NCBI GenBank assembly: GCA_030390025.1
Contig: CM059432.1
Span: 73,038,001 to 73,102,000, forward strand
Length of the DNA stretch: 64,000 bases
Source of the DNA: Squalus acanthias
Lineage: Eukaryota
Direction: 5' to 3'
The position numbers and the translations under genes are program-made. Shown here in pieces: positions 61,540 to 64,000 of this stretch (the stretch's first letter is position 1; the number at the start of each line of letters is the position of its first letter). The notes beneath the pieces were generated by a model, which did no database searches, was not told where the DNA came from, and worked only from the letters and a program-made list of their open reading frames with translations.

Positions 61540-61810
61540 CATGATAGGAACAGAAGCAGGCCATTCTACCCTCAAGCCCGTTCCCCCAATCAATTAGATC
61601 ATGGCTGATCTGTATCTCAAATCCATTTACCTACCGTTGCTCCATATCCCTTGATACCCTTACCTAATAAAAATCTGTCGATCTCAGTCTTGAAAATTTT
61701 AATTGATCCAGCATCCACAGCCTATTGGGGGAGGGAATTCTAGATTCCATCTACCAATTTCACTCCTAAATGGCCCCAATCTAATTTTAATATTTTGCCC
61801 CCTTTTTCTG
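61540..61810 (-). mobile_element. CR1 3' tail fragment
   Basis: ataggaacagaagcaggccattc..agatcatggctgatctg..gatccagcatccacagcct is a reverse-complemented CR1 3' end. Confidence 0.7.
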
Positions 61811-61828
61811 GGTTTATATATATATATA

Positions 61829-62516
61829 GGGCCATATTTTGCGACCCCTATGGGTGCGTACGAGGTGTATATGCGCCCGTAGGGGCCGCGCAAGTTCCGG
61901 GTTTAGGCATGCGAAGCGCATGCGTTAAAACCCGGAACTTGCGATCTGTCAAGAATCCTCTTGACAGATCATCCGCATCCTCAGGAGATGGGTCACTGCG
62001 GGTGGAGAGTTGCGCAATTTGCTCAACTTTCACCCGCTGAATACCTGTGAAATTCTTATGCCTGGTAAAAGCAGGCATAAGGCCTGCTTTTACCAGCATA
62101 GGAGTTTTATAAAATAGAAAAATAAAATTTTATCACTCATTTATACATTAAAAACCCTGTCCAATAAGGTACGTTTATTTTTAGCCCCGTTAAAACATAT
62201 TTTTTTTTTAATTCAAAAAATTAAATTTTCGTTTAAAATATTTAATTAAATGGCATTTTAATTAATTTTAAATATGTAATTTAAAAAAAATTATTTCATG
62301 TGTTCGTGTATTTTTTAAGTGATCCCCATTCATACTTATGGGAGTTCTGAACGTACTGCATTCTCCCCTGGGATATGTGGGCCTCTGCCTGCACGTACCC
62401 GGAGAGGCCCAGGATCGCAAGCCTCCGTATCGCCCGGGCCACCAGGTAAATGCGTTGATTTTTTACAGATCGGAGGCATCCGCCCACGGGAAGCCTCCGA
62501 TCGCAAATTTTGGGCC
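61829..62516. mobile_element. Harbinger-type MITE with AT-rich core
   Basis: TIR GGGCCATATTTTGCGA / TCGCAAATTTTGGGCC; flanks ATA/ATT; same GC-arm/AT-core design as 41330-42062. Confidence 0.8.
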
Positions 62517-63574
62517 ATTGTTTAAAACAACTGCTCCATGGTCCCGCCAACAATAGCAACAAATAAACAATGATTCTCTCTCCACAATGCAACAAAAAAC
62601 TGAAAATATTTTTAACACAATGGCGTCATAACAGATTTTCCGATTTTGCAGAATTAGGGCACGTTTTCTGTGTGGAGACATAACGCCCGTCACAAACATG
62701 TGCCCCTGACTCTGTTTGATCTTTGTATCCTCAGGGTCAGTTCAGTAATTTTGGCATATTCACTGAGCCCCACCAAGGGGTCCACCAGTAGTTGGGGTGG
62801 AGATTGTTGCAATACAGCAACTCCGGCGGTTTCTGAGCTGCCAGGAAAACCACGAAATTCTTTAAGAATTTTGACTTTGGCATGATGGCCTACTTTACAA
62901 TTGATTGCACAGGCTTTCTGGACTTTAATATTTAAATAACAGTGCTGGATGCTAGGAACAAACAGCCATTCATTATGTCCAGTGCTGGGTGGTCAAATGG
63001 CAGAAAATATGTTCATGGGGTGTGAAAACAGGCGTGCCCAATTTCAGTTTCTTTCCTTTCCTGTTATACTTCTACCCAGAAAGTGGTGAAGGAAGTGCAG
63101 AAGATCCCAGCCCTGGTATGAATAAAATACCACATCATGTTAGCAATGGATTATGGGAAAAATATTGTGATGCAAGCAATTAATTCTCTTGTACTGGTGA
63201 CGTTCATGACTTATGCCTGAAGATGGAAATTACCCTGTGGTCAGTGTTGTAATCTCCTCCATCTTGGATAAGCGTTGGGTTATCTTGAACTGTACTTTTC
63301 ACAGTCATTCCTCTTGTCTGCTAACAAAAAAAATTGATGCAAAGACAGGGAAGTGTACACCACATGTAGCATTTAACATACACGAGGATAGAATAGTAGA
63401 TTTGATTATATCTGTGAATTTGTGCACCATATAGATTAATATCAACACACAGGGGTACTACAAATGGAGGTAGTGGACACCTCCAACTGACTCGCCATTT
63501 GCCATTGGATACTTGTTTGCAACCCAGCCAAAATAGACAACTATCTCCAATCTTACAGGTGACCAAAGGCATCT

Positions 63575-64000
63575 TCAATCAGCTAGGTTTTGATGAGGCT
63601 TTGAAGGTAAGAAAGCAGATGGGTTTAGGAAGAGAATTCCTGAATGTAGGGCTCAAAACTGCTAAAGGTTTTGTCATCAGTATGGGAACAGGGGTGGGGG
63701 TGGAGGTTTGGAATGCAAAGGACGTCAGCGTCAGAAAAGTGAAGAGCACACATTGGTGTATAAGGCCGAAGGAGGCTGCAGAGATTGAGCGGGGTGAGGT
63801 CATGGAAGGGTTTATAAATGAGTACAAGGGTTTTGAATTCAAAGCATTGGGGGAGGTTGCTGGGGATAGGAGCTTGAGGGCAGTGGAAAGTGACAAAGGT
63901 GTGAGAGTTTCAACAGCAAGTGATGTTGTAGAGATGGAAATATGCGGTCTTGTTGAGGGGTTTGAAGTCAGCTGAGGGTCAAACAGGATGTGGTTACACA
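63575..64000 (-). mobile_element. Decayed L2-like LINE 3' coding fragment
   Basis: Minus strand reads ..PTFRNSLPKPICF..FKASSK, resembling an L2 ORF2 C-terminus; runs off the window end. Confidence 0.5.

Noticed and set aside
44062..64000. TOX exon 2
   Set aside because: I found no matching short exon by eye; it probably lies beyond the window, though a small diverged exon could have been missed.

Overview
Eukaryotic vertebrate genomic DNA. The repeat content (CR1/L2 LINEs, Deu-type SINEs, Penelope-like pLTR fragments) points to an elasmobranch (shark-like) genome, but I cannot fix the species. The only host gene is TOX (thymocyte selection-associated HMG box) on the minus strand. Two phase-0 coding exons are visible (43819-44061 and 507-785, matching human exons 3 and 4), separated by a ~43-kb intron. 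The rest is intron, densely filled with nested transposons. There are four large PIF/Harbinger elements carrying remains of the convergent Myb/SANT-like and DDE transposase gene pair, about 20 Harbinger-type MITEs or fragments with 3-bp TSDs, several CR1 and L2 LINE copies, SINEs, a hAT-type MITE and Penelope-like fragments. Three observations stand out. (1) Two separate Harbinger copies share the same microhomology-bounded deletion of the whole transposase catalytic core, while a related copy keeps the transposase and has lost most of the Myb gene. (2) An apparent inversion of a CR1 5' segment has one breakpoint exactly at a Harbinger end. (3) A MITE family carries copy-specific G-rich minisatellites next to a conserved splice donor oriented sense to TOX. 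All coordinates were read by eye; no alignments or database searches were run.
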